A DNA stretch of 64,000 bases from Octopus vulgaris (Eukaryota): NCBI GenBank assembly GCA_951406725.2, contig OX597820.1, positions 112,592,001-112,656,000 of the forward strand. Direction: 5' to 3'. Below, one piece after another: positions 26,469-40,110 of this stretch. The notes under the pieces were generated by a model. It did no database searches. It saw only the letters and a list, made by a program, of their open reading frames with translations, and was not told where the DNA came from. Position numbers and translations under genes: made by a program. Each line of letters opens with the position of its first letter. The first letter of the stretch is position 1.

Positions 26469-26522
<54 letters not shown>

Positions 26523-27227
26523 TAATCATAAAAGTGAAATAAAATCAGTGCATGTGTTTCTTATTGGTATAATGACCCTCCCAAGATACAACAAAATCTG
26601 TCTCAACACACATTTCACAACAAGAATCTTGTAAAACCAAATACAAAAATGAATTAAAATAAGTTGTATTTAATTAATAAAATCTAAGTAGAAAAAAACA
26701 AAACAAAACAGAAATCTTAAATATTTTAAATGATTGCCTTTAAAAAAATAATACTAAAATGAATAGGAGAAATAAAATTTAAGAAGAGGTATTTAAGTTC
26801 TATAACAATCTCCTTGATAACTATTAAGTAATTATCTTGCTCTCCAAGAACCTACTCATTCCTACTGTTAAGTATTTGAGCAATTTCAGAATTAGCTTTG
26901 ATAAAGTAATAATGTTACAAGGTTATACAGAAGAGAGAAAAAGAATGAACATAGCCTGTACGTTCACTCAGCTATGACTACAGCAGTGGTCTAAGAATAA
27001 CAGTCAGTAGCAACAACAGCTTAATAATAATTATGCATGGATGTGTGTATAGCATGTGTTGTGGTGTGTGAGTGTGCATGTGTGTGCATGTGTGTATCTA
27101 TCTACACACACACACACACACACAATCATACATACATACATACATACATATATATATATTTATATATATGTATGTATATAGGATGTACACATTATACACA
27201 ACCTACATATTTAACTGTTATTGCTGC

Positions 27228-27314
<87 letters not shown>

Positions 27315-27805
27315 TATATATATATGGCTGTGTGATAGAGAAGTTAGCTTTAATTTCAGGTTTTAGGTTCAGTCCCATACATTGGCACTTTGGGCAAGCG
27401 TCTTGTACAATAGTCTTGGGCTCACCAACAGCTTATGAGTGAATTTGGTAGCCACAAAATGAAAGTATCTCATCACACACACACACACACACACAAACAA
27501 AGAAACTCATGAATCTGAATGCATATGTGTATGGAAATACATATTGAAACAGGAAGGTAGACATGTTGATGTATTCTATGTCTTAACTTACACTTCTCCA
27601 TGCTTGCAAGGTTGGACAATGTTTATGGAAAAAGATTTTTCTATGGCCAGATACCATTCCTGTCACCAAACCTCTCCTGTTTCCTAATTAAGGGAGTATT
27701 TCCCAATGGCTATGTTTGCACAAAATATCGGAAATGAAATGAAAAAACGAATGACAAAGCTTGTATGTCAGTGACACTCATTTACAACTATTATGCAATG
27801 CAAAA

Positions 27806-27856
<51 letters not shown>

Positions 27857-27937
27857 CACACATGTACACACATATACATGCATATATATATATATATATA
27901 TACATATATACGTATATACATACATACATATATATAG

Positions 27938-28225
27938 CATCATCATCATCATCATCATCATCGTTTAACGTCCGTTTTCTGCGCTAGCACGGGTTGGACG
28001 GCTGCCCCAGGCTCCAGTCTGGTCTGGCAGTGTTTCTACAGCTGGATGCCCTTCCTAACGCCAACCACTCCACGAGTGTAGTGGGTGCTTTTTACGTGCC
28101 ACCTGCACAGGTGCCAGAGGGGTCTGGCATCGGCCACGGTCGGTTGGTGCTTTTAACGTGCCACCTGCACAGAAGCCAGTCGGGGCGGTGCTGGCATCGG
28201 CCACGTTCGGATGGTGCTTTTTATG
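27938..28225 (-). mobile_element. RTE LINE 3' UTR fragment
   Basis: (CAT)n GTTTAACGTCCG...GGATGCCCTTCCTAACGCCAACCACTCC, as at 30082-30330. Confidence 0.85.
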
Positions 28226-28626
28226 TGGGGGGGTGTGCAGAAATATAGGGGAGCACCAGTGGGGAGGGGTGGTTCAGAGAAACGATGACAGGTTCTAGGC
28301 AAGTAGAACGTAGGATATCACGAGAGGGGTAATGCATGGTGAAATAGCGTATTGAAGAGGGAGGTTCGAAGAGTAGACACCTATAATGGTGGTGGGAGAA
28401 GCGACATCGGGTATAGATGGAGCAAAAATATAGAGATATCCGGTATTGGGGGTGGGGGTGGGGGTGGGCAGGGCGGGTGCACCGCGAATACTCGAAGGTT
28501 GATATAGACGAGAGAGCGAGACTTGGTCGGGCAAAATTAATAGAGGGACGGTGGAGAAATATATATATATATATATACACACACACATACACAGACACAC
28601 ACACAGACACACACACACACACACAT

Positions 28627-28906
28627 ATATGATAGTGTATGAAATATATACAGAGAGAAAACCACCATGTGGATTCTTTACATGCTAAAAATGGCAATCA
28701 AAGTCCAAAACCACGAAAAAACATTCTAACATTAAAGCACGCTGCTTTGTACACGAGCAAGACATTTGTGTGAATAAATATTTCAGTTAATCTTACAAGG
28801 TTAACTGAAATATTTCTTGTGGCTTGGGGCTTTGACTGCCATTTTTAGCATGTAAGAAATCCACATGGTGGTTTTCTCTTTGTGTATATTTTATACACTA
28901 TTATAT
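28627..28906. repeat. Foldback palindrome (~105-bp arms, 10-nt centre, ~60-bp insertion in left arm)
   Basis: Left arm ..GAAAACCACCATGTGGATT..ACATGCTAAAAATGGCA..[ins]..AAATATTTCAGTTAA, centre TCTTACAAGG, right arm is the reverse complement. Confidence 0.85.
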
Positions 28907-28992
28907 TTTAAAATATTTGTCTCTGACTTTTATTATACATGCTAACCACTGCTATAAATTATTTAATAATTTTTACCCTTGTATTTATAAAG

Positions 28993-29034
<42 letters not shown>

Positions 29035-29323
29035 TCTAAATCTCTCAAAGAGAGATACTCACTAACAGTTCTTTAAAGTAACTATATAAACTTATACATG
29101 TATATATATATATATGCACACATATATATGATGGGCTTCTTTTAGTTTCTATCAACCAAATCCATTTACAACGCTTTGGTTGACCAAGGACAATAGTAGA
29201 TGGTGCTTACTCAAAGTGCTACATGATGGGACTGAACCCGAAGCCATGTGGTTTTGAAGAAAACGTCTTAACCACATTGTTGCAAATTTGTGTATTCATG
29301 TAGTATGCATGCTTATACTTATA

Positions 29324-29366
<43 letters not shown>

Positions 29367-29795
29367 TGTGTGTGTGTCTGAGTGTTAGTACCTGTGTTAG
29401 CATACATACATGTACATGTGTTGTGTGTGTGTGTGTGTGTGTTTCTGTTTGTGTGTTAAGATAAAAAGATGGAAAAGCAAACGCCCACCTCCACCTACTA
29501 ACAGCTCATACATCATTTAAACAACACACTGGTGCACATCACGACTTGCACTCTATGGCAGAATTCATGTGGATGAAAATAGTTCCAAATTAATTGCATG
29601 CCGGGATTTCCTGCTCGTAACCTTGCCATCAAATGACAACATCAACAAGTAATAATGCCAGCAACAACAATATTTTCGTTATAAAGATGAGAAAATATTT
29701 CTGACATGGCTGCAAATATTTTAGGAAAACATAACGTGATTTGAAATAAATAAAGCAAAATCCATCAAACAATGAGGATGATGATGATGATATCC

Positions 29796-30056
29796 ACCAC
29801 ATGACCACGTGACCGACCAGGCTATCAGATGTTGCTACACATCGCTGGTTACAATGCACTTCGTATTGTTTTAGCCTTCAAATGACGTCACCCCGCTGGC
29901 TAAGCGAGCAGGCCAACAGAAGAAAGAGTGAGGCAAAGTTGTGGCAAAAGAGTACAGCAGGGATCACCAACACCCACTGCCCGAGCCTTGTGGATCTTTA
30001 GGCGTGATCCTATGACCGTGAGTCGGCTGCCCTAACCACTGGGCCATTGCGCCTCC
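29796..30056 (-). mobile_element. tRNA-headed SINE group C (internal deletion removing the B box)
   Basis: The minus strand begins GGAGGCGCAATGGCCCAGTGGTTAGGGCAGC, as at 59224 and 63133. Confidence 0.8.
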
Positions 30057-30081
30057 ACGATGATGATAATATGATGATAAT

Positions 30082-31360
30082 CATCATCATCATCATCATC
30101 ATCGTTTAACGTCCGCTTTCCATGCTAGCATGGGTTGGACGGTTCAACTGGGGTCTGGCAAGCCCGAAGGCTACACCAGGCCAGTCAGATCTGGCAGTGT
30201 TTCTACAGCTGGATGCCCTTCCTAACGCCAACCACTCCGAGAGTGTAGTGGGTGATTTTATGTGCCACCGACACAGGTGCCAGACGAGGCTGGCAGACGG
30301 CCACGCTCGGATGGTGTTTTTTATGTGCCACCAACACAGGTGCCAGACGAGGTTGGCAGACGGCCACGCTCGGATATGGTGTTTTCAGTGTTTTTCTTAT
30401 GTGCCACCGACACAGGTGCCAGACGAGGCTGGCGAACGGCTATGATCGGATGGTGTTTGTTATGTGCCCACGGCACGGAGGCCAGTCGATGCGGTACTGG
30501 CTACGGTCCCGTTCGGATGGTTTTCTTATGTGCCACCGGCACTGGTACCACAAGGATACAAATTCCATTGATGTTCATCTATTTTGATTTGGTTTGACTT
30601 GATTCGATTTGACTTTGATTTTGATTTGATTTGCCTCAACAGGTCTTCACAAGTGTCACAAGCAGGAAGGTATGCACAGGGGGACTGACTACGTCCCAGG
30701 TAGGGGCCACGGGTTATGGCTTCACTAGTCTTGCCGGGTCTTCTCACGCACAGCATACTTCCATAGGTCTCGGTCTCTAGTCATTTCCATGGTGAGACCT
30801 TACGTTCGAAGGTCATGCTTCACCACCTCATCCCAGGTTTTCCTGGGTCTACCTCTTCCACGGGTTCCCTCAACTGCTAGGGATTGGCACTTTCTCACAC
30901 ACCTATCTTCATCCATTCTCGCCACATGACCATACCAGCGCAATCGTCTCTCTTGCACGCAACAACTGATGCTTCTTAGGTACAACATTTCTCTCAGGGA
31001 ACTAACGCTCTGTCGAGTAAGTACACTGACATTACACATCCATCGGAGCATACTGGCTTCATTCCTCATGAGCTTACGCATGTCCTCAGCAGTCACGGCC
31101 CATGTTTCACTGCCATGTAGCATGGCAGTTCGAACACATGCATCATACAGTCTGCCCTTTACTCTGAGTGAGAGGCCTTTAGTCACCAGCAGAGGTAAGA
31201 GCTCCCTAAACTTTGCCCAGGCTATTCTTATTCTAGCAGTTACACTCTCAGCGCACCCACCCCCACTACTGACTTAGTCACCTAGATAACGGAAGCTATC
31301 AACTACTTCTAATTTATTCCCCTGGAAAGTGACGGAAGTTGTTTTCTGCAGATTTGCAGA
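30082..31360 (-). mobile_element. RTE-clade LINE, 5'-truncated (RT C-terminus + 3' UTR + (GAT)n tail)
   Basis: Translation LEVVDSFRYLG..ARIRIAWAKFREL..KGRLYDACVRTAMLHGSETW..RRLRWYGHVARMDE..RGRGRPRKTW is typical of RTE ORF C-termini. Confidence 0.92.
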
Positions 31361-31377
31361 ATAATAATAATGATAAT

Positions 31378-31667
31378 CCATTCTAGTCTAGGCACAAGGC
31401 CTGAAATTTTGGGGGCAGGGACAAGTTGATTACATTGACTTCTGTGTTTCACTGGTACTTAATTTATTGACCCCAAAAGGATAAAAGGCAAAGGCAACCT
31501 TGGAGGAACTTGAATTCAGAACAAGAAGATTGATGAAATGGTGAAATGCTGGTGTGCTACAATTCTGCCAGCTCACCACTTTAATAATAATAATAATAAT
31601 CATAATAATAATAATCATAATAATAATAATAATAATAATAATAGTAATAATAATAATAATAATAATC

Positions 31668-31698
<31 letters not shown>

Positions 31699-31715
31699 TA
31701 ATAATAATAATAATC

Positions 31716-31750
<35 letters not shown>

Positions 31751-31799
31751 CATAATAATAATAATAATCATAATAATAATGATAATAATAATAATAATC

Positions 31800-31834
<35 letters not shown>

Positions 31835-31883
31835 CATAATAATAATAATAATCATAATAATAATAATAATCATAATAATAATC

Positions 31884-31960
<77 letters not shown>

Positions 31961-32036
31961 CATAATAATAATCATAATAATAATAATAATAATAATAATC
32001 ATAATAATAATAATAATGATAATAATAATAATAATC

Positions 32037-32074
<38 letters not shown>

Positions 32075-32129
32075 CATAATAATAATAATAATCATAATAA
32101 TAATAATAATCATAATAATAATAATAATC

Positions 32130-32170
<41 letters not shown>

Positions 32171-32177
32171 CATAATC

Positions 32178-32221
<44 letters not shown>

Positions 32222-32222
32222 C

Positions 32223-32286
<64 letters not shown>

Positions 32287-32705
32287 TCCTTTCTGTTATA
32301 CACACAAGGCCTGAAATTTTGGAGAAGGAATAAATTGATTATATATAAATACTCAACTGGTGTTTATTTTATTGACCTCGTAAGGATGAAAAGCAAAGTC
32401 AGCTTTAGTGTAATTTGAACTCAGAACTTCAAGATGGATAAAATACCACTAAGCATTTTGTCTGATGTGCTAATGATTCTGCCAGCTCACCACCTAATTC
32501 TTTCTACTTGTGACATAAGACCCAGAATTGGGGTGGGAGGACTAATTGATTACTTTGACCCCAGCAACTAATTGTTACTTATATTATTAACCCCAAAAAG
32601 ATGAATAGCAAAGTCAACCTTGAAATATTTTGAACTCACAACATAGAGACAGACAAAATGCTGTTAGGCATTCTATCCAGTATGATAATGACTCTGCCAG
32701 CTCAC
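31378..32705 (-). mobile_element. Three head-to-tail SINE group B copies (31378-31580, 32287-32494, 32498-32705)
   Basis: Each has ..AAGGCCTGAAATTTT or a variant, then GATGAA..GCAAAGTC..TTGAACTCA..CTGCCAGCTCAC. Confidence 0.75.
31582..32283. repeat. ~700-bp (AAT)n array punctuated by CAT/GAT
   Basis: Directly visible; sits at the tail position of the SINE at 32287-32494. Confidence 0.97.
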
Positions 32706-33129
32706 GGTCTGAATAATCATAATAATAATAATTTAATGTGTGGAATAACTATTCACATAACATAAGCTCAAATCTAGGTTATGCTTTTTTTTTTATCATT
32801 TTAAGTCCAATTGCGTCAACTTGCCATTCTAAAATAACTGAATAAATATACTATACACCACTTCACATATGTTCCAACAATTCATGCTATGAATAACAAG
32901 AGCCTGAGTTCAAATCTCACTTAAATCAATGAATTGTACTTGATCTTCTCTTTGCCTTAATTTACTTCAGCCCACTTGGTTGAAAAATAAAACTATATAG
33001 ATTTACTAGTATAGATTTACTTGCCATATGATGGATAACTTTATAAGTATACAGTTACCATCATGGGTAATATCAGGAAATATGGCATACATCCATCAAG
33101 GGCATCGGGGTTTTTAATTTGTTTTGCAT

Positions 33130-33560
33130 GTGAACGAGACCTTTGGAAATATGCTGTGCATGAGAAGACCCAGTAGGACAAGTGAGACCATAACCCGTGG
33201 CCTTTACCTGGGATGTAGCCAGTCCACTTATACATACCTTTCCTCTTTGGGACACAAAACTCTGCTTGCGAAGACCTATTGAGGCAATCGAAATCGAAAT
33301 TGATCAAAAAGCAATGGAAATTGTTGTTGTGGTGCCAGTGCTGGTGGCACGTAAAAAGATCCAACTGAACGTGGCCGTTGCCAGCGCCACCTCGACTGGC
33401 CTCCATGCTGGTGGCACGTAAAAAGCACTAACTGATCATGGCCATTGCCAGCCTCACCTGGCACCTGTGCCGGTGGCAGGTAAAAAGCACCCACTACACT
33501 CCCGGAGTTGTTGGCATTAGGAAGGTCATCCAGCTGTAGAAACACTGATGATGATGATGA
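33130..33560 (+). mobile_element. RTE LINE 3' UTR fragment
   Basis: Reverse complement of ~30200-30775, ending (GAT)n. Confidence 0.8.
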
Positions 33561-33604
33561 TTCAATAATTGTAACTTAAATTTTATCAAATTTCTTGTTG
33601 CTTA

Positions 33605-34095
33605 CATGAGGTGATGGCAGAAAAGTTCATAGGCTGACCAAGATACTCTCATGGAATGTGATCAAATGAGGTTCATTTTTCCACATAGACCCCCCCCCAT
33701 CCCTATCCTTGCAGTTCACACCCTTCTTCCATTGGTGCTGCAATGCTTGGATCCCCTTGGTGAAGAAGCTTTCATCCTGTTGGCCAAAACAAGTCAACAT
33801 CATGTTGCCATGGGGTTGCTACTAATTTGGAAATCATGTCAGCATGCATATCCTTGGAGGATAAACCCTTTTTCTGTAGGTACTTTGATAACAGCATGAT
33901 GCCAAATTTTGTCGATTTTCAAGAGAAATCACAACTAGTTACTTTTGAAGTCTTCTTTGGACAATCAGCTGCCAGTTTACTTGGAGAGAAACAATGCAGT
34001 TATTCATAAGAAGAGCTGAAATTAATGTGTGTGGTGTGTGCTGAATTTCACACTCTTTCTTAATCAGCCTATGAACTGTTCAACCGACCCTAGTA
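33605..34095 (-). mobile_element. Mariner-derived deletion element (MITE)
   Basis: TIRs GAAAAGTTCATAGGCTGA / TCAGCCTATGAACTGTTC with TA at the ends. The minus strand encodes SFFTKGIQALQHQWKKGVNCK..YVEK*, a mariner transposase C-terminus. Confidence 0.75.
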
Positions 34096-34234
34096 CAAAA
34101 TAATGAAATGAATACTTCATTTTCAAAAGAAAAGTATTTATTACCTAAAAGTAAATTAAAGAAAACAATATTTAAGAAGTAAAAAGAATATATGTAATGA
34201 AAACAAAATTATTCTCTATGTTGGTTTTATATTT

Positions 34235-35260
34235 TGGAAGGCAGACAAATCACAAATCTCTTCAGGTAGATGGCCTTGCTCAATCTGTAGAAAAGGTGAT
34301 GGTAGAAACTCTTTAAGAAGCACCCAGTGTAAGCTTTGAACACATAAAAAGTGCAGCAATATCACAGGAAGGTTAACAGGGAAACTAGCTTTTGTACGTG
34401 GAAGATGCACAAGTACAATAACTGTTGAAAATGTACAGGAAATAGACTCCAGGGGGCAAGCTTGAGGTAGTAGGAAACTTCTGTTATCTAGGTGACCGAG
34501 TTAGTAACAACAAAGGACCTCTCTTTCAGAGGGAAAGGTAAATTGTTTGATGCCTGTGTGTGAACAGCTATGCTGCATGGCCTCATTTCTTTCAAACCTA
34601 TGCATGTTCTCAGCTGTCACAGCCCATGTGAAACATGGGCTGTGACAGCTGAGGACATGCATAGGTTTGAAAGAAATACTGCCAGTATGCTTTGCTGAAT
34701 GTGCAATGTCAGTGTGCATATTCGACAGCATCTTGAGAGAAAAGTTAGGCATAAGAGGCATCAGATGTGGTGTGCAAGAGAGACGAATGTGCTGGTATGG
34801 TCATGTGATGTGTATGGATGAGGACAGCTGTGTAAAGATGTGCCGATCTCTAACTGTGGAGGGAACCTGTGGTAGAGGTAGACCCAGGAAGATATTGGAC
34901 GAGCATGATCTTTAAACTTTGAGCCTCACAGAGCAATGACAAGTGACCAAGACCTTTGGTGATGTGCTGTGCTGGAGAGGACCAGTCAAGCCAAGTGAAA
35001 TCATAGTCGTGGTAACTGGCACCTGTGCTAGTGGCATGTAAAGAAAACCTTTCAAGTCTTGGGCCTCACAGAGGCAAAGTGACTGAGTTCCTTTTGAGCA
35101 TTAGTCCTCATGGAGGCATAGTGGCTGAGTTCCTTTCAAGTGTTGGCATTATGTCGTGCTTGAAAAGAAGACCCATCAAGCTAAGCAAAATCACAATCGT
35201 GGCAGATACCAGGGTCACACAAATGGCACCCATGTCTGAGGCACATAAAAGCACCCCAGT
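34235..35260 (+). mobile_element. RTE-clade LINE remnant, decayed
   Basis: GRWPCSICRKG Cys-rich segment, ETWAVTAEDM and CGVQERRMCWYGHVMCMDEDSCVK..TCGRGRPRK; homologous to 30800-31350. Confidence 0.85.
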
Positions 35261-36379
35261 GTCACACAATGCTGGTGGTGGTGGTGATGGTGGTGATGGT
35301 GGTGATGGTCAGGATGATGATGATGATGATGGCTATAATGCTGTTAGTGATTTTTTCCCCCTATTTTTGTTTATCTTGCTGAAAAGACAGACACCATTTG
35401 TCATTCTTCATAAGGCAATAAAATAAAGTTTAAATTTGTAAATCTAGTCATCTTATGTTAGCACAGACTAATGGATGGAATACTGTATTAGAGAAACACC
35501 CCCACCAAAAAAAGGAAAAACTAAACAAAAACAAAAGGCCATAAAAGTAATGTTATTATGAATGTAAAAGAACAAAAGCTAAATATTGCTGATGTTATTT
35601 TTGTGACTGTTGTAATTTCATTGCTATTTTAACATGCTGTTCCTCTTGTTGTTGTTGTTGTTATGCTCTCAATAATATTGAGTCTGTTGTTGTAGTTGTT
35701 AAGTCCTTTGCTACAGACATTGTCATTGTTGCTGCTCGTATTAATGCACTGATTGCTCATGAAACTGTAAAGACATATTAAATCACTGTTACCCCTCAAG
35801 TACCTCTTCCACATGCCACAATATGACTGGCTGTAAGCCCCACAGGGAATATTTAAATCTTTCTCAAAAGCCAAATTATGCATTGACATGTTTTTTGTTG
35901 TTTTTTTATACTGTCTTCCATCCACTTTCCCATTCTAGCATGGAATAGTTATGATTCTTTGTTTAATAAGCCATCATTTTTGTTGCTTCAAAGCCATTAT
36001 AATAATGCCTCATGGAAAAAAAATCAGATAGTAGACTTCTGTTTTATAACAGAATAAAAAAAAAAGATCTAAATGAAGAATAGCAATGAAGGTCCAAAAA
36101 TGGTAAAGTGTTGGACTAATGGTGTTGCAGTCTTTTATTAAAATTCATTGCATTCTCACTTCAAATCCTGCAGACATTTTACAGTTCTGTTATCAATTAG
36201 TTATAGTTAAGTACCAGACTTGTTAAATTGGTTTAACCAACCATAGTATGTAGGTTAGGGTTAAACTGATTTAACAAACCTTTGTGAAAGGGTTGCTTAA
36301 ATCAATTTTTAAAATCCTTGTACATCAGTTGGAGTGCTAGTAAATTTGTGGTTTTGTCATCAGAAAAAGTTATAAATTA

Positions 36380-36615
36380 ATACCTATTTCTTTACTACCC
36401 ACAAGGGGCTAAACACAGAGGGGACAAACAAGGACAGACAAACGGATTAAGTTAATTATATCAACCCCAGTGCGTAACTGGTACTTAATTTATCGACCCC
36501 GAAGGGATGAAAGGCAAAGTCGACCTCGGCGGAATTTGAACTCAGAATGTAACAGCAGACGAAATACAGGTATACATTTCGCCCAGTGTGCTAACATTTC
36601 TGCCAGCTCGTCGCC
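36380..36615 (-). mobile_element. SINE group B, young copy
   Basis: Near-identical reverse complement of 3882-4116. Confidence 0.88.
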
Positions 36616-37246
36616 TTAAAATTATAAGTTAAAGTTATAGATTAATATCTTTAACCAAAACAAAGAGAATATTTGTTAAAATACCCAAAATATTTTACTG
36701 TATAATAAATACTTCATATATTCTATTCAAATTCAGCCCTGCTTAAATTCATATTTTCACCTGGGGTCAATAATCAAGTGCTGGTGATTAATGTATAGAA
36801 GTGAAATAACAGAATGGACAATACTTGAATATCTGGGTCATAGGTCATGTGTTTGTATCATGCCACAAATGTTCTGTCAGGATTTTTGACAAGAGACTTA
36901 ATTCTACCTGCCACTGTTTACCTCATATGCTTTATAGGAAAAATTACCAACATTGAACAAATTATACCTTATCTAGAATGATATTTATCTTGTTTGTTTC
37001 ACGTTTCAGATTCTGGATTAGTGCCAGATTATGAAATGCTAAACAAATGAGATAAATCTCCTCCTAGATATGGTGTTAATTTAATGCTGGTAACTCTTCT
37101 TTTATGAGTCTTTAGAAAAATTTAGTTAACCCCATGGAAACCAACCACCTCCTAATTCGCCTGTCAATTCAAAAGTGTTCATATTTATATTAAAATCATA
37201 ACCGAGACTTTTGTATTGCACGAATGATAAACTAACTGAGATCCTA

Positions 37247-37680
37247 TCATCATAGTTTTAATGACCACTTTGCCATGCTTGCATGGGTCTGTTGGAATCT
37301 GATGAAGCTCATGCTTTTCCTGTCAGCAACCTTCATCTGTTTACAAGCAAAGTGATATTTCTTTGTGGCTGAACATGTTGCTATGGAAGGCTGGAAACAA
37401 TGGACACAACTTGTATAAAAGTGACTTGTTTACAACCATTACATAATTTCAAGACAAAGCAGCACAAATACACACAGACACACACACAAACACACACACA
37501 CACACAAACACACACATATGATGGGCTTCTTACTGTTTCTGTTTACCAAATCCAGTCATAAAGCTTAGGCTGACCTGGGGCTATAATAGATGACACTCAC
37601 CCAAAGGGCCATTTAGTAGAACTGAACCTGAAACCAATGTGGTTGGGAAGTGAACATTTTAACCATCGACTATGCCTGGG
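37247..37680 (-). mobile_element. SINE group A head with RTE-like tail (old)
   Basis: Reverse-orientation equivalent of 10982-11406. Confidence 0.6.
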
Positions 37681-38673
37681 CCTAAGTAAAAATCCATGAT
37701 AGCTAGATGCAAGAAACTGCTTTTGATGATATATTCTATATAATGGCTTAATATACAAATAGATATAAAAATTGCTATTAGTTTATGAAATACATCCAGT
37801 CTTGATTGTTTTGAAAATAATTGAAACACATAAGCTGTCACTTCTTGTTAGAAATATGTTTCTGTAAAGGTTAGTAGGAAAAGAATGAAGATGAGTAAAA
37901 AGATATAATTATTAATGAAATGAAGATGAAAAAAGATGAAATAATATTTTGAAGTATATCAGATACAGCAGGAATAGAGAAAGAGGAGGAGGACATGGAT
38001 GTGACACTAGGAGTATGGTGTGCAAGTTGTATGAAATCATGGTGAGAGATACATAATCAGAAGATTGAGTAAAAATTCATCACAAATACATGTGGAAAAC
38101 ATTGATGATTAAAGTTTGTTTAATCCGGTTTAATTGATTATAGCAAAAATAAACTCGTTATTTAACAAAATATCGTTGTTATTTTTTATGTTTACTGCCA
38201 GGACAGTCTTTATCGAGCAGACCTTTCACCAAAGGTATGTCGGATGTTACCGTCCTGTTTTATTTTTCCTAATTAGGACCACAATGTGTTCTTCCTTTTA
38301 TACAATAGTAGCAGGTAATTTGAAGAAAAGTAGCATGTAATTTGAAGAAATTTGGCAGCAATTTCTAACATGTTAAGCTAGAAGCTCCCTCATAAATCTA
38401 ACATATATTTAGGGTTTTCATCATCATCCTCCTCCTCATCATCATCATAATCATGGTTTTCATCAATACCATTTACATACTTTTTCACTCTATTAAATGT
38501 TCTCTCTCACCACCATAATATTCTTTTTTACTCTCTGTCTCAATATAGTGAGAGGTTATTTTCAGCTTTATAAGTTTTAAGCTTTATTATATAGAAGTAC
38601 TAACAATACTTTCTTGTGGTGTAAAAATCTAACATACTGTAAAAAAGGAAGAGTAAAAAGTGTGTGCAATAAC

Positions 38674-38743
<70 letters not shown>

Positions 38744-39751
38744 GAGAGTTGTATGACAAACAAGGAAGCTGAAGCTAATATGGAAACAATAAGAATTGTT
38801 AATCAAGAAAGAAGCCAAAATATGAACAAAGATGATAAGCAAAAATATTTTGCACAAGCCAGGATGAGAAAACAGTCCAGAAGGGAAAACATGACCAAAG
38901 AGAATAGACAAGACTTTCTCAAAGTTTATCAAGTGATTATGAAGGAAATACAGGATATTATTACTGAGCAGGGAAATGCTTATGACTGACACTGTATCAC
39001 AAAATGGGCTGTGGATTCTCTGAGGGTTCTGATAGTAAACCTGAATAATTTAGTAAAATAACGATTTCTAGTAATATTTTACCCTTTTGTTACCATGTTT
39101 TTTGTTGAAAAACACTGCTTTTGTTTATTTAATTTTGAAAATAATTAAGAATATACTACAATAACTTTGCCTTTATTAAGCTGGTATTTGGAACATAAAT
39201 GAACATGGAATTTTATTGGAAGGTTTTAATTTAGATACTTCTAAAGCAGGAAATTTCTATCACAGAACCAGGAGTGGTATTAAGCAGGTTGGCGTCAAAA
39301 GGGTTTATAATGTTGTATTCTTAAATAGGGCCAATAGAAAATGTAAGACAGATAAAGAGATGTGTAAGTTTTAAACAAATGTAGCTCATGGATAAAGGAA
39401 CTGTTTGAGTAGGAAGGTGGAAGATTTTGATAGTAGATTTAAAAACTAAGAATTTATTTGATTCAGGGGAAGAATTTATAGAGGAAATTGTAATGTACCT
39501 TAAACAGTCTTAAAATTTTATGAAGGTGCAAGTGTGAATAAAGGCACAGGTGTGGAGATAAATATAGATGTGGATAAAGGCATGGTGGTTTGATTGAGAC
39601 CTTGTTTCTCAACAGTGTGGCATTGGATTCAGCCCTACTCTGCAGCATCTTGGATAAGTGTCTTCTACTTTGGCCCGTGGCTGACCAAAGCCTTATGAGT
39701 AGATTTGGTAAAAGGAAACTGGAAGAAACCTGTCCTATATATATATATATA

Positions 39752-40110
39752 CTAGCACTATGACCCAGTAATGCCAGGTCATAGTGCTAGTGCATGCATA
39801 CACAGCTGCGTGCGTGCGCACATACACACGAGTACTGTCTAAATCTCCGACCACTCACATACAGCTAGCTGGCATTCAATTGGCGTATCAAGTTTCAGGC
39901 ATTTTGATTGGGTTTTGGATAGAAAATTCACAAAAAGTCACTTCTATTGAATTTTTAATGGCTTTGCAGGGTGACTGGAGAAATGTGCACGACCATCCTT
40001 GGACGGTTTTGAATGACCATAGAAAGTGTGAGCCCTCTAACTGAAAAATTGTGGATTTGTATAAAGGACACGCACACAGACATTTTGCTGTTTATATATA
40101 TAGAGAGAGA
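39752..40110 (-). mobile_element. Non-autonomous Helitron
   Basis: The minus strand starts A|TC(TC)nTATATATATAAA and ends with a hairpin plus CTAG|T, with no TSD or TIR. The terminal 41 nt (39751-39791) form a stem-loop. Confidence 0.7.

Noticed and set aside
31430-32333. Poly-I/N/Y ORFs of 240-291 aa
   Set aside because: (AAT)n artefacts.
37010-37050. Possible terminal exon after tgtttgtttcacgtttcag (DSGLVPDYEMLNK*)
   Set aside because: Too short to support without transcript or homology data.
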